From NCBI RefSeq assembly GCF_964243305.1, contig NZ_CAXTEF010000008.1:7269-71268 (forward strand): 64,000 bases of DNA. The letters are read 5' to 3'. Positions 38,120 through 46,897 of this stretch are shown here, piece by piece (position 1 is the stretch's first letter; the number at the start of each line of letters is the position of its first letter). Below the pieces are notes generated by a model. That model saw nothing but the letters and a program-made list of their open reading frames with translations. It ran no database searches and had not been told where the DNA came from. A program made the translations under genes and the position numbers. The stretch comes from an uncultured Hymenobacter sp. GTDB taxonomy: Bacteria; Bacteroidota; Bacteroidia; Cytophagales; Hymenobacteraceae.

Positions 38120-41100
38120 TCAAGTGTTCTCCGCTGGGAAAAACTCGGTTTTCTCGGCGTTACGAATCTTGGTTAAGTACGTCACATTGGGCTGCACGTT
38201 AATTGACTCCAGAGCGTGAAATGCCCGTTCGCCATCCTCGCGGCGCAGCGTTTTGCTGATGCGGCTCTCTGGGTCGCGCATGTCGCCAAAAATGATGGCC
38301 TCGGTCGGGCACGACTGGGCGCAAGCCGTAACGACCTCACCATCTTTCGGGCGGCGCTTTTGCTTTTTGGCTTCGAGCTTGGCCAGTTGGATGCGCTGAA
38401 TGCAGAACGTACACTTTTCCATTACGCCACGGGCCCGCACCGTCACGTCAGGGTTTAGCACCATGCGACCCAGGTCAGTAAACATATGACCATTAACGGT
38501 CTCGAACTTCTCGTTGGAGTAATACGAAAACCAGTTGAAGCGGCGTACCTTATATGGGCAGTTGTTGGCGCAGTAGCGAGTGCCGATGCAACGGTTGTAA
38601 GTCATCTGGTTGATGCCTTCTGAGCTATGCGTGGTGGCTAGCACCGGGCAGACAGTTTCGCACGGTGCATGGTTGCACTGCTGGCACAACATAGGTTGGA
38701 AGATTACCTGTGGGTTTTCCGAAGGGTCCTCCATTGCGGCGTAAGTCGCAATCTTACCTTTTTCCTCGAAATCAGTTTTGTGCGCGTTAGAGCTATAATA
38801 GCGGTCAATGCGCAGCCAGTGCATCTCGCGGCGATTAATCACTTGTTGCTTGCCCACTACGGCCACGTTATTTTCAACCTGACAGCCTAGCACGCACGAA
38901 TTGCAGCCGATGCAGGAATTCAAGTCAATAATCATCCCCCAGTGGTGATTATTGTACTGGTAGTCTTGCCACAAAGAAACTTTGTTAGGCTTCTCCAAAC
39001 CATCGGGGGTAGCAACCTTATCGTACTCGGTTACTTCCTTGGGATTCTTGATGTAAGCCGCCAGCGTGTTTTCCTGCACGACCGGCTTGCGGTCCATAAT
39101 GGTGTGGTGCGTCTGGGTTTGGGCGATGGGCGAGGTGGCGTCGGTTTTGGTCAACGTCACCACATTCTGGTACATAATACCAGTGGGCCCAACCATAGCC
39201 AGCGGGAAAGCGTTTTCGCCCACATTATCGCCAACCTTGCCGGCAAGCTTGCGGCCATAACCTACGGCGATGCTGACGCTGCCATTGGCCTGACCGGGTT
39301 GAATAAGAACTGGCAACTCCACGCTCTGGCCATTAGCCGTGACGCGCAGTACATCGTTTTGCTCCCACTTATTATCGAGCGCCATCTTGCGGGGCACCAT
39401 CACGTAGTTTCCCCAAGTAGCCTTGCTCACCGGGTCGGGCAGTTCTTGAAGCCAGGGATTGTTGGCTTCTTCGCCGCCACAACCAATGGCGACTTTTTCG
39501 TAAAGGGCTAGCTCTACCTGATTGCCACCAAGCTTAGGGGTTGCCCCAATGCGTGATACTGCATCAGCGATGTTCATGGCGACGGCGCGAGGTGGAGCGG
39601 GCGCCAGCGCGGTGCCAGTTGCTACTCCATCATGCACGGCCTTATCCCAGGCAGTCTGAAAGTTATCAGCGCCCAGAATTCCGCGCCAAGTGTCTTTCAG
39701 AAAATTGTAGTACGTCTCATTTTGGCCAGCCCAGATTAACAGGCTGTCCTGAGCTTGCCTAGTCGAAAAAAGCGGCGTAATTACTGGCTGGCTCAAACTC
39801 AGAGAGCCACGCCGCGGCTCATAGTCATTCCACGATTCCATCCAGTGATGGTCGGGAGCAGCGTACCGGCAAAGCGTACCAGTTTCATCGAACCGGTCAT
39901 TCATAGAAATCGTGACCGGCACTTTGGCCAGACCTGACCTTACTTTGGCACCAAGTGGGTGATTGTAGACTGGATTGGCACGGTAGAAAATTACAGCGCC
40001 CACTGTGCCAGCGTTCATATCATTCACCAGCCGAACCATTGCGGCATCATCGCCCTGACGCACATAGCTGGGGGTAGCCGGGTTAATGCTGGTGCCAACA
40101 TTACCCAAATTTTGGTTGATGGCAGCCACCAGTGTCTGCACGGCCGGGTCGTTCGATTCTGCTACCACGAGACTAGCGCCCCGCGCGGCTTGTAGCTCAG
40201 CCGCCACTTTAGTGAGTTGTGGGCTATTGTATGTCGAGGAACCCCCACCGCCAACCACAGCATTATAGAGCGCCAGAATGGCCGGTCCCACCTCAGATGG
40301 TTTGAGCGGCACTCGTACATCAGCGTTAGCACCAGTCAGCGTAAAAGTGCTTTCAAACTGATAGTGCCGCGACATGCGCCGGTTATCGCTGCTCACCTTA
40401 CGGTTGGTGATATACTGCCGGGAGTACTCAACGGGCGAAATCCAGGTGCCGAGAAAGTCCGCGCCAAAGCTCACGATGATGTTCGCACGGCTGAAGTCGA
40501 AGCCAGGCACTACCCCCCCATTGGCTTGCAAGAGTCCCGAGGCCGATTGCGCATCGTACATCACGTGCTCCGTGTTGGGGTAGCGGCTGGCGAAGGCAGC
40601 AATGGCCCGCTTGGTGCTCGGGCTGATAATGGTCGGTGAAACAATGGCAATCCGACCAGTTGCACTCGTCAGCTTGGCCTGAACCTCACGGTCAAGCTGG
40701 GCGCGCTCGGCACGCTGCTTGTTGATGGCAAAATGCTGCAAACGACCGCCATCATACAGATTTAGTACCGAAGCTTGGGCGCGAGCCGAGAGCCCCCCGC
40801 GCGTAACCGGCGACTCCGGATTACCTTCCAGCTTGATGGGTCGGCCTTCGCGAGTTTTAATCAGCACCGCATTATAATCGGCGCCAGTGAAGTAGGTCGA
40901 AGCGTAAAAGTTGGAGATGGTCGGGTCTACTTCCTCTGGCTTATTGAGGTAAGGAATGGCTTTATATACTGGGCTCTCACACGAAGCCAGTGTAGCGGCA
41001 GCCAGACCAAACCCCATCAGCTTGAGAAAGTCACGGCGCGGAGCTGACGTAGCATCACTGCTCTCATGCGCCTCTTTTACCGGCATGAACTCAGCAAACG

Positions 41101-41158
41101 CGGTTTGCAAGAACTCCGGTGAGTTTTCTAACTCCTCAATTCCTTTCCAGTATTTCAT
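38120..41158 (-). CDS. actB: Alternative complex III subunit ActB (molybdopterin-oxidoreductase-like plus Fe-S domain)
   Basis: KYWKG.EEL, Tat motif RRDFLK, and ferredoxin motifs CIGCNSCVLGC, CQQCNHAPCETVC, CIGTRYCANNC and CTFC..CAQSC. Confidence 0.96.
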   Translation of the reverse strand: MKYWKGIEELENSPEFLQTAFAEFMPVKEAHESSDATSAPRRDFLKLMGFGLAAATLASCESPVYKAIPYLNKPEEVDPTISNFYASTYFTGADYNAVLIKTREGRPIKLEGNPESPVTRGGLSARAQASVLNLYDGGRLQHFAINKQRAERAQLDREVQAKLTSATGRIAIVSPTIISPSTKRAIAAFASRYPNTEHVMYDAQSASGLLQANGGVVPGFDFSRANIIVSFGADFLGTWISPVEYSRQYITNRKVSSDNRRMSRHYQFESTFTLTGANADVRVPLKPSEVGPAILALYNAVVGGGGSSTYNSPQLTKVAAELQAARGASLVVAESNDPAVQTLVAAINQNLGNVGTSINPATPSYVRQGDDAAMVRLVNDMNAGTVGAVIFYRANPVYNHPLGAKVRSGLAKVPVTISMNDRFDETGTLCRYAAPDHHWMESWNDYEPRRGSLSLSQPVITPLFSTRQAQDSLLIWAGQNETYYNFLKDTWRGILGADNFQTAWDKAVHDGVATGTALAPAPPRAVAMNIADAVSRIGATPKLGGNQVELALYEKVAIGCGGEEANNPWLQELPDPVSKATWGNYVMVPRKMALDNKWEQNDVLRVTANGQSVELPVLIQPGQANGSVSIAVGYGRKLAGKVGDNVGENAFPLAMVGPTGIMYQNVVTLTKTDATSPIAQTQTHHTIMDRKPVVQENTLAAYIKNPKEVTEYDKVATPDGLEKPNKVSLWQDYQYNNHHWGMIIDLNSCIGCNSCVLGCQVENNVAVVGKQQVINRREMHWLRIDRYYSSNAHKTDFEEKGKIATYAAMEDPSENPQVIFQPMLCQQCNHAPCETVCPVLATTHSSEGINQMTYNRCIGTRYCANNCPYKVRRFNWFSYYSNEKFETVNGHMFTDLGRMVLNPDVTVRARGVMEKCTFCIQRIQLAKLEAKKQKRRPKDGEVVTACAQSCPTEAIIFGDMRDPESRISKTLRREDGERAFHALESINVQPNVTYLTKIRNAEKTEFFPAENT

Positions 41159-41184
41159 TTGGGGGTATTCAGTAGTCGGTACTA

Positions 41185-41220
41185 AGTATCAGGCAGTCAT
41201 AATTCGAACTGCCTGATACT
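41185..41220. other. Intercistronic hairpin between actA and actB
   Basis: Perfect 13-bp stem AGTATCAGGCAGT / ACTGCCTGATACT. Confidence 0.75.
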
Positions 41221-41242
41221 GGATACTAGAAAATCTAATTTA

Positions 41243-42604
41243 TTAATAATGACACTTCGAGCATTCCGTACCGCCGTTTGATGAGACGGTGAAGGGAGCC
41301 GCACTATTAGCTTCATCGTGCAGCTTCACCAAGTTGTCATAGTAGGCGTTGCCCTTGGCGTTGATGGGGTTTTCACGGTGACAGTTGATACACCAGCCCA
41401 TCGTGAGCGCCGAATACTGATACACGACTTCCATGTTCTGGATGGGGCCGTGGCAGGTCTGGCAATTCAGGCCGCCCACTTGCGTGTGCTGCGAGTGATT
41501 GAAGTAAGCCAGGTCCGGCAGGTTGTGCACCCGCACCCATTGAATGGGCTGCTTGCGCTCGATGGAGCGGTAAATCTTTTTAATTTCCGGCGACTCGGTC
41601 TTAATCTGCGAGTGACAGTTCATGCAGATGTTGGCCGACGGAATATTGGCCGACTTAGCCTTGTACACGGAGGTGTGGCAGTAGGCGCAGTTAATTTGGT
41701 GCTCGCCGGAGTGCAGCTTGTGCGAGAAGGCAATGGGCTGCGTGGGTTGATAGCCTTGCTGCAAGCCTACGGCCATTACGCTCTGAATTCCTTCGTAAAG
41801 CAACACCAGCGCGAATACTACCCCTACTGTGCCACGCAAGGCCGACGACTTGTAGAGCTTCTCGAAGTCGAAGCGCTGCTCCAGAATCTCCTTGTCGCGG
41901 CCTTCTAGATCTTTGCGGCCTCGTAGCACGTCCTTCATCAGGTTGGCGATGATGAACAAGGTCACGACGAGCACAATCAGCACCACGACCAGCACGATGA
42001 GCAGGATGTCCACGTATTTGCCGGCCCCGCCTGCTTCGGCACCCGTGCCCCCGGAGCCTTCCTGCCCGTCGGCCTGACCAGCGTTCTGAACCGTGGGTCC
42101 GGCGTTAGCGACGTTGCCAATCTTACCCTCCTCGGCGGTAATCCAAGCTAAGATGGAGTTAATTTCCGTGTCCGACAAAGCGAACGAGGGCATCTGTTGC
42201 TTTTGATACTTATTGTAGATAGTCACGGCGTACTCGTCGCCGCTGGCTACCACCTTGCTGGAGTTCTTAATCCACGGAATCAGCCACGAAACTGGCCGCC
42301 GCTTAGTAATGCCCGCCAGAGCTGGGCCTACCACCACGTCGTTCACGGCATGGCACTGGGCGCAGTTGCCCTTGAACAAAGCGTCGCCGGCCGAGATAGC
42401 GGCAGCGTCGCCGCCACTAGCTCCCGGCGCCGCTGCGGTAGCCGCAGTGGCGCCGGCGGTAGCGCCCGGCGTCACGCCTTCCTTGCTCACATTGGGAGCC
42501 GCTCCGACATCTTGGGCCAGGCTTTGGCAAACGCTGCCCACTGCAAGAACAAAGGCCAGCAATAACCGGGGTAACGCACGAAATTGAGGGGGTCTCATCG
42601 TCAT
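41243..42604 (-). CDS. actA: Alternative complex III multihaem cytochrome ActA (1+5 haems)
   Basis: Six CxxCH motifs (CAQCH, CAYCH, CMNCH, CQTCH, CINCH, CSKCH) and PIAFSHKLH. Confidence 0.96.
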   Translation of the reverse strand: MTMRPPQFRALPRLLLAFVLAVGSVCQSLAQDVGAAPNVSKEGVTPGATAGATAATAAAPGASGGDAAAISAGDALFKGNCAQCHAVNDVVVGPALAGITKRRPVSWLIPWIKNSSKVVASGDEYAVTIYNKYQKQQMPSFALSDTEINSILAWITAEEGKIGNVANAGPTVQNAGQADGQEGSGGTGAEAGGAGKYVDILLIVLVVVLIVLVVTLFIIANLMKDVLRGRKDLEGRDKEILEQRFDFEKLYKSSALRGTVGVVFALVLLYEGIQSVMAVGLQQGYQPTQPIAFSHKLHSGEHQINCAYCHTSVYKAKSANIPSANICMNCHSQIKTESPEIKKIYRSIERKQPIQWVRVHNLPDLAYFNHSQHTQVGGLNCQTCHGPIQNMEVVYQYSALTMGWCINCHRENPINAKGNAYYDNLVKLHDEANSAAPFTVSSNGGTECSKCHY

Positions 42605-42659
42605 ATATATACTATAAAAACGGGACGCGAAGGCACTTTAAGCAGGTTCCTTCGGGCCA

Positions 42660-42690
42660 CAAATGTAGGTCAGGATTCGTAGCCTGCCAA
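42660..42690 (-). promoter_or_regulatory. Bacteroidota sigma-A promoter of the act/cox operon
   Basis: Minus-strand TACATTTG (42667-42660) matches -7 TAnnTTTG, with TTG 20 nt upstream. Confidence 0.65.
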
Positions 42691-42894
42691 GATTAGCCGC
42701 TAATTTAGGGGGGTAGGGAGCCGGCCCTTCTCTTCCTCATCACCTTGCTGTCGCCGCTACTGAGTAAAGAGTCTGAATTGGTATTTGGTTTCTCCAAATT
42801 CAACATTTTAGCAGGAAATCAAGTGGTTGCTAATCAGCTTGGCAAGCCTCGTAAAAAAGCCCGTGGGCATGGTGCTACCCCGCCTGATTCGCCG

Positions 42895-42902
42895 TACCTT
42901 TG
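42895..42902 (+). promoter_or_regulatory. -7 element of the rpsF-rpsR-rplI promoter
   Basis: TACCTTTG lies 43 nt before the rpsF ATG. Confidence 0.65.
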
Positions 42903-42945
42903 CACCCCAATTTATATTTTTCAAACCCATTTTCACCCCGTCGTA

Positions 42946-43329
42946 ATGGAAGTAAGAAATTACGAGACGGTCTTCATCTTAACCCCCGTGCTCAACGAGG
43001 GGCAGGTGCAAGAGACGGTCGAGAAGTTCACCCAGGTGCTTAAGGAAAATAGCGCCGACCTCATCTCTTCTGAAGCCTGGGGCCTGCGCAAGCTCGCCTA
43101 CCCGATTCAGAAGAAAACTACCGGCTACTACTTCTGCCTTTCGTTCAGCAGCAGCACCGGCAACATCGTGGACCTGCTGGAGCTGGCCTACCGCCGCGAC
43201 GAGCGCGTCATCCGGTTTCTGACTACGGTGCTCGACAAGCACGCCGTGGACTACAACAACCGCCGTCGCAACGGCGAGATGAACTTGCAAAAGGCCGCCG
43301 CCCGCGAAAACGAAGCTGTCGCCCAATAA
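42946..43329 (+). CDS. rpsF: 30S ribosomal protein S6
   Basis: RNYETVFILTP, WGLRKLAYPI and RRDERVIRFL. Confidence 0.97.
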   Translation: MEVRNYETVFILTPVLNEGQVQETVEKFTQVLKENSADLISSEAWGLRKLAYPIQKKTTGYYFCLSFSSSTGNIVDLLELAYRRDERVIRFLTTVLDKHAVDYNNRRRNGEMNLQKAAARENEAVAQ

Positions 43330-43344
43330 CCTCGCTACCCCGAT

Positions 43345-43632
43345 ATGGCAACCCCCAACAACCAGCAGCGCAACGGCGGCAACAATAACGACCGCGGCGC
43401 CCTGACCAAGCAGGACAACCGCGCCAAATACTGCCGCTTCAAGAAGAACGGCATTAAGTACGTGGACTATAAGGACCCGAACTTCCTGCTCAAGTTTGTC
43501 AACGAGCAGGGCCGCGTGCTTCCGCGCCGCCTCACCGGCACCAGCCTCAAGTTTCAGCGCAAAGTGGCCCAGGCCGTCGCCAAAGCCCGTCATCTGGCCC
43601 TGATGCCCTACGTGGGCGACTCACTTAAATAA
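43345..43632 (+). CDS. rpsR: 30S ribosomal protein S18
   Basis: [28 protein letters not shown] and ARHLALMPY. Confidence 0.97.
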   Translation: MATPNNQQRNGGNNNDRGALTKQDNRAKYCRFKKNGIKYVDYKDPNFLLKFVNEQGRVLPRRLTGTSLKFQRKVAQAVAKARHLALMPYVGDSLK

Positions 43633-43700
43633 TTATGAGTTATAAATTATGATTCTTGCTTCAAAGCAGACCCATAACTCATAATTCAAAACTCATAATT
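43631..43700. repeat. AATTATGAGTT-type periodic palindrome between rpsR and rplI
   Basis: AATTATGAGTTAT (43631-43643) / ATAACTCATAATT (43674-43686), plus extra half copies. Confidence 0.7.
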
Positions 43701-43710
43701 CCCTATTGAC

Positions 43711-44154
43711 ATGGAAGTAATTCTGAAAGACGACGTGAAGGGCCTGGGCTACAAGAACGACCTGGTAGAGGTGAAGGCTGGCTACGGCCGCAACTACCTG
43801 CTGCCCCAGGGCCTGGCCATGCTGGCCGACAAGACAAACAAAAAAATTGTGGCCGAGAACGTGCGCCAGGCTGCCCACAAGGCCGACAAGGTGAAGGGCG
43901 ACGCCCAGGCTATTGCCGACCAGATTGGCGAGCAGACACTGGATGTGACGGCCAAAATCGGCGAAAGCGGCCGGATTTTCGGCCGCGTGACCACGCTGCA
44001 ACTCGCCGAGGCGCTCAAAGCCCGCGGCATCGACGTGGACCGCAAGCGCCTGAGCTTCGACCAGGAGCCCACCGCTGCCGGCGACTACACGGCCACGCTG
44101 AGCCTGCACAAGGAAGTGAAGCACACCGTGCGTTTCCGCGTGGTGGGCGAGTAG
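43711..44154 (+). CDS. rplI: 50S ribosomal protein L9
   Basis: MEVIL..DV.GLG, VKAGYGRNYLLP and GRIFG.VT. Confidence 0.97.
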   Translation: MEVILKDDVKGLGYKNDLVEVKAGYGRNYLLPQGLAMLADKTNKKIVAENVRQAAHKADKVKGDAQAIADQIGEQTLDVTAKIGESGRIFGRVTTLQLAEALKARGIDVDRKRLSFDQEPTAAGDYTATLSLHKEVKHTVRFRVVGE

Positions 44155-44182
44155 CAGCCTGCAAATAGTGCCAACAGCGTCC

Positions 44183-44212
44183 AAAGCCCTGCCCACCGGC
44201 AGGGCTTTTTTT
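44183..44212 (+). terminator. Intrinsic terminator after rplI
   Basis: AAAGCCCTGCC-CACC-GGCAGGGCTTT followed by further Ts. Confidence 0.88.
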
Positions 44213-44303
44213 GTGAAGTTGCCCGGAGCCTGCCGAATCCCTACCCCCCTCCTGGCCTGCAAGGCAAACCGCTTATCTGCCGTTGGGCGTACTTTTACCG
44301 GTA

Positions 44304-46607
44304 ATGTTTAGAACTGAAATTTCGCTTACGCCCGACCCACGCCCCCTGGCCCGCACGGCGCGGGTGCTGACCCTGGGCTCATGCTTTGCCGACAGCATCG
44401 GCGGGCGGCTGGCCGCCCATAAGGTGACGACGCTGGTTAACCCCTTCGGCACCGTATTCAACCCGCTGTCGGCGGCGTTGCTGCTGCGAGCCGCGGCGGG
44501 CGAGCCGGTGGATTGGACGCAGCACCTGGTGGAGGCCCGTGGGCGCTGGCAGAGCTACGACCTGCACGGCAGCATCGGGGCCGACTCGGCCGAAGCGCTG
44601 CTGGCCCGCATTCAGGAGCTAGTGCGGCAGACCGCCGAGTTCGGGCGCACCGCCGACGTGCTGGCCCTGACGTTGGGCACCGCCTGGGTGTACCGGCTGC
44701 GCGAAACCGACGAGCTGGTCAGCAACTGCCACAAGCTGCCGGCGGCGCTTTTTGAAAAAGAGCTGCTGACGGCCGAAGAAATAGTGGGTCAGCTGGCCGA
44801 GGCCCATGCCCTGCTGCGCCGCCTCAACCCCCGGCTGCGGCTGGTGCTGACGGTGAGCCCGGTGCGGCACCTGCGCGACACGCTGCCCCTGAATAGCGTG
44901 AGCAAGGGCGTGCTGCGCCTGGCCAGCCACTACCTAGGCGAGCTGCTGCCCGACGTGAGCTACTTTCCGGCCTATGAGCTGCTGACTGACGACCTGCGCG
45001 ACTACCGCTTCTACGCCGCCGACCTGCTGCACCCCTCCGTCGTGGCCGAGGACTATATCTGGGAAAGGTTTGCGCGCATGTATTTCGATGCGGAGTTCGG
45101 GCGCTTTCGCCAGGAATGGGACGGCATCCAGCAGGCGCTGGCGCACCGGCCGCTGTACGCGGGCGCGCCGGAGCACCGGCAGTTTCTGGAAAGCACCCTG
45201 GAAAAGCTGCGCCGGCTGGCCGGGCAGCAGGTCGACGTGCGCGCTGAAATCCGCGACGTGGAGCGGCGCCTGCTTTCCCTACCCCCCCCGCCGCGCCCCA
45301 AGCCGGCCGCGGTAGCCGAGCCCGAAGATGACGGCCAGGAGCGCGTTGATATCGGACAGCCTGACCAGGCCGAGGCAGCCTCAGCCGCTGAGCCGCCAGT
45401 TGAGCAGCCCGCGGCACAGCCCGACGATGCCCTCAGGACGGAGCTGCCGCCGGCTGCCGAGCCCACCCGTGACGACCGCTCCCGAGGGCGGGGCCGGCCA
45501 AACCGGCGCAACCAGGGCCAGCCGCAAGCCAACCGCGTGGTAGCCGAAACCCAGCCGCCCACTGACCAGCTTTCGCCCGCCGTGGCGGCGGTGTCGGCGC
45601 CCGCTAAGCCTTCCTACACCGATTATTTGATTTCGTCGGCGCTGGAGCTGGTAGTTTCGGCCCCGGCACGCGAGGCCGCAGTAGTTCCAGCTCCTGAGGC
45701 AGCGCCCGCCGCCGAGGCTTCGGCCTCAGAAGGCGAGTCGGGTGCGGAGCAGGTCAAAAAGAAGAAGCGCCGCTCACGGGGCGGGGCCAAGCGCACGGCC
45801 CGCAAGAATGCCGCCCGGCTCGCGGCCGAGCAAGCGGGGCCGGTGGCGGCCGAAGCTGACGCCGACCCTAATGGCGCCGCGCCAGAGCGTGCCGCTGCAA
45901 CGCCAACCATAGACACTGCGCTGAACGAGTTCGCCCCGCCTTCGGAGTCGGCGATGTTGTCCGACCCGTCGGAAGCCAGCTCAACCAGCCTGGCCTCAAC
46001 TGCTGACGAGCCTGAGGTGCCCGCGGCGCCCGCCAGCCCGGATGAAGCAGAGGCTGCGCCCGCCGCCCCCAACAAGCGCGGCACGGGACCGGCCCCGAAA
46101 AAATCGAAGGTGATTACCAAATCGGTGCCCGTGAAGCGCGCTACGGCGCGGCGCCGGCCCGTCCCTACCCGGCCGGCGCCGGCTGCTGACGCTCCCGCAC
46201 CAGAGGCAAGCGCCACCGGCCTGACGGTACTGGCTGAAGCCAGCATTGCCAGCTCTCCGGCAACGGAGAGCGTTGCGGCAGTTGAGTCGGCGGTTCCTAC
46301 CCCCCTCGCCGCTGCTGAGGTACCCAGCCCGGCGGCGCGCCGGCCCGCGCCCAAGCTGGCCAAGCCCCGAGCAGCTGCCGCCAAACCCACCAGAAAAGCC
46401 GCGCCAGCGCCGCGCCAGCCTACTGCTACGCCGAAGGCTCCGCCTTCCACCCTAAAAGGCCAACCTGACCCGGCTATAGCAGCCCTCCCGGCGCCAGTTG
46501 CCGCGGAGCCGCCAACCGGCCCCAACGCGGAAGCTCCAGCCCCAGCCCGCCGCGGGCGACCACCGGGCCCTAAAAAGCCTCGGCCGGACAAGCCAGACGC
46601 AGCCTGA
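44304..46607 (+). CDS. GSCFA-domain protein with long low-complexity C-terminal extension
   Basis: LGSCFA, NPFGTVFNP, TLGTAWVY, SNCHKLP, TVSPVRH and YFPAYE..DDLRDYRFY..DLLHPS, then ~440 aa rich in Ala, Pro, Glu and Arg. Confidence 0.9.
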   Translation: MFRTEISLTPDPRPLARTARVLTLGSCFADSIGGRLAAHKVTTLVNPFGTVFNPLSAALLLRAAAGEPVDWTQHLVEARGRWQSYDLHGSIGADSAEALLARIQELVRQTAEFGRTADVLALTLGTAWVYRLRETDELVSNCHKLPAALFEKELLTAEEIVGQLAEAHALLRRLNPRLRLVLTVSPVRHLRDTLPLNSVSKGVLRLASHYLGELLPDVSYFPAYELLTDDLRDYRFYAADLLHPSVVAEDYIWERFARMYFDAEFGRFRQEWDGIQQALAHRPLYAGAPEHRQFLESTLEKLRRLAGQQVDVRAEIRDVERRLLSLPPPPRPKPAAVAEPEDDGQERVDIGQPDQAEAASAAEPPVEQPAAQPDDALRTELPPAAEPTRDDRSRGRGRPNRRNQGQPQANRVVAETQPPTDQLSPAVAAVSAPAKPSYTDYLISSALELVVSAPAREAAVVPAPEAAPAAEASASEGESGAEQVKKKKRRSRGGAKRTARKNAARLAAEQAGPVAAEADADPNGAAPERAAATPTIDTALNEFAPPSESAMLSDPSEASSTSLASTADEPEVPAAPASPDEAEAAPAAPNKRGTGPAPKKSKVITKSVPVKRATARRRPVPTRPAPAADAPAPEASATGLTVLAEASIASSPATESVAAVESAVPTPLAAAEVPSPAARRPAPKLAKPRAAAAKPTRKAAPAPRQPTATPKAPPSTLKGQPDPAIAALPAPVAAEPPTGPNAEAPAPARRGRPPGPKKPRPDKPDAA

Positions 46608-46617
46608 TTTCTAACGT

Positions 46618-46650
46618 AAAAACCCGGCTCTGGCAGTCGGGTTTTTGTTT
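46618..46650 (+). terminator. Intrinsic terminator after the GSCFA gene
   Basis: AAAAACCCGGCT..AGTCGGGTTTTT stem. Confidence 0.75.
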
Positions 46651-46806
46651 TCTGACCGCGGCTCCACCGCCGCCGGCGCCGGCCGGCCCCTACCCTCACC
46701 CGCACCGCCAAACGTCCCGCCGGCAAGGCCAGTCCCTGCCCAGTATAGCCTGCCCGCAGCCCAGCGGCGCCAACTGTGGCAACCGAACTCTTCCTTTCCG
46801 GTTTGA

Positions 46807-46844
46807 TTCCCTACCCCCCTCGCACTGGCCGAAGGGGTAGGGAA
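46807..46844. other. Hairpin formed by two inverted CCCTACCCC motifs upstream of priA
   Basis: TTCCCTACCCC (46807-46817) and GGGGTAGGGAA (46834-46844). Confidence 0.75.
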
Positions 46845-46897
46845 GGACGGTGCCCGGCCGGGCGTATCTTTATCCTTCGTCCTGCCTCCGCTGCCCC

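Noticed and set aside
38120-41158. ActB as a novel molybdoenzyme
   Set aside because: ActB is known to have a molybdopterin-oxidoreductase fold without the cofactor.
30600-41200. Low-GC block as a prophage or genomic island
   Set aside because: It contains only core respiratory genes, with no integrase, tRNA, att repeats or sharp boundaries. Kept only as a compositional anomaly.
43345-43632. S18 lacking a full zinc-ribbon Cys set
   Set aside because: Zinc-free S18 variants are common; not unusual.
45623-46726. 367-aa antisense ORF over the GSCFA tail
   Set aside because: It starts across a terminator, and its Ala/Gly composition mirrors the Pro/Ala tail; no independent support.
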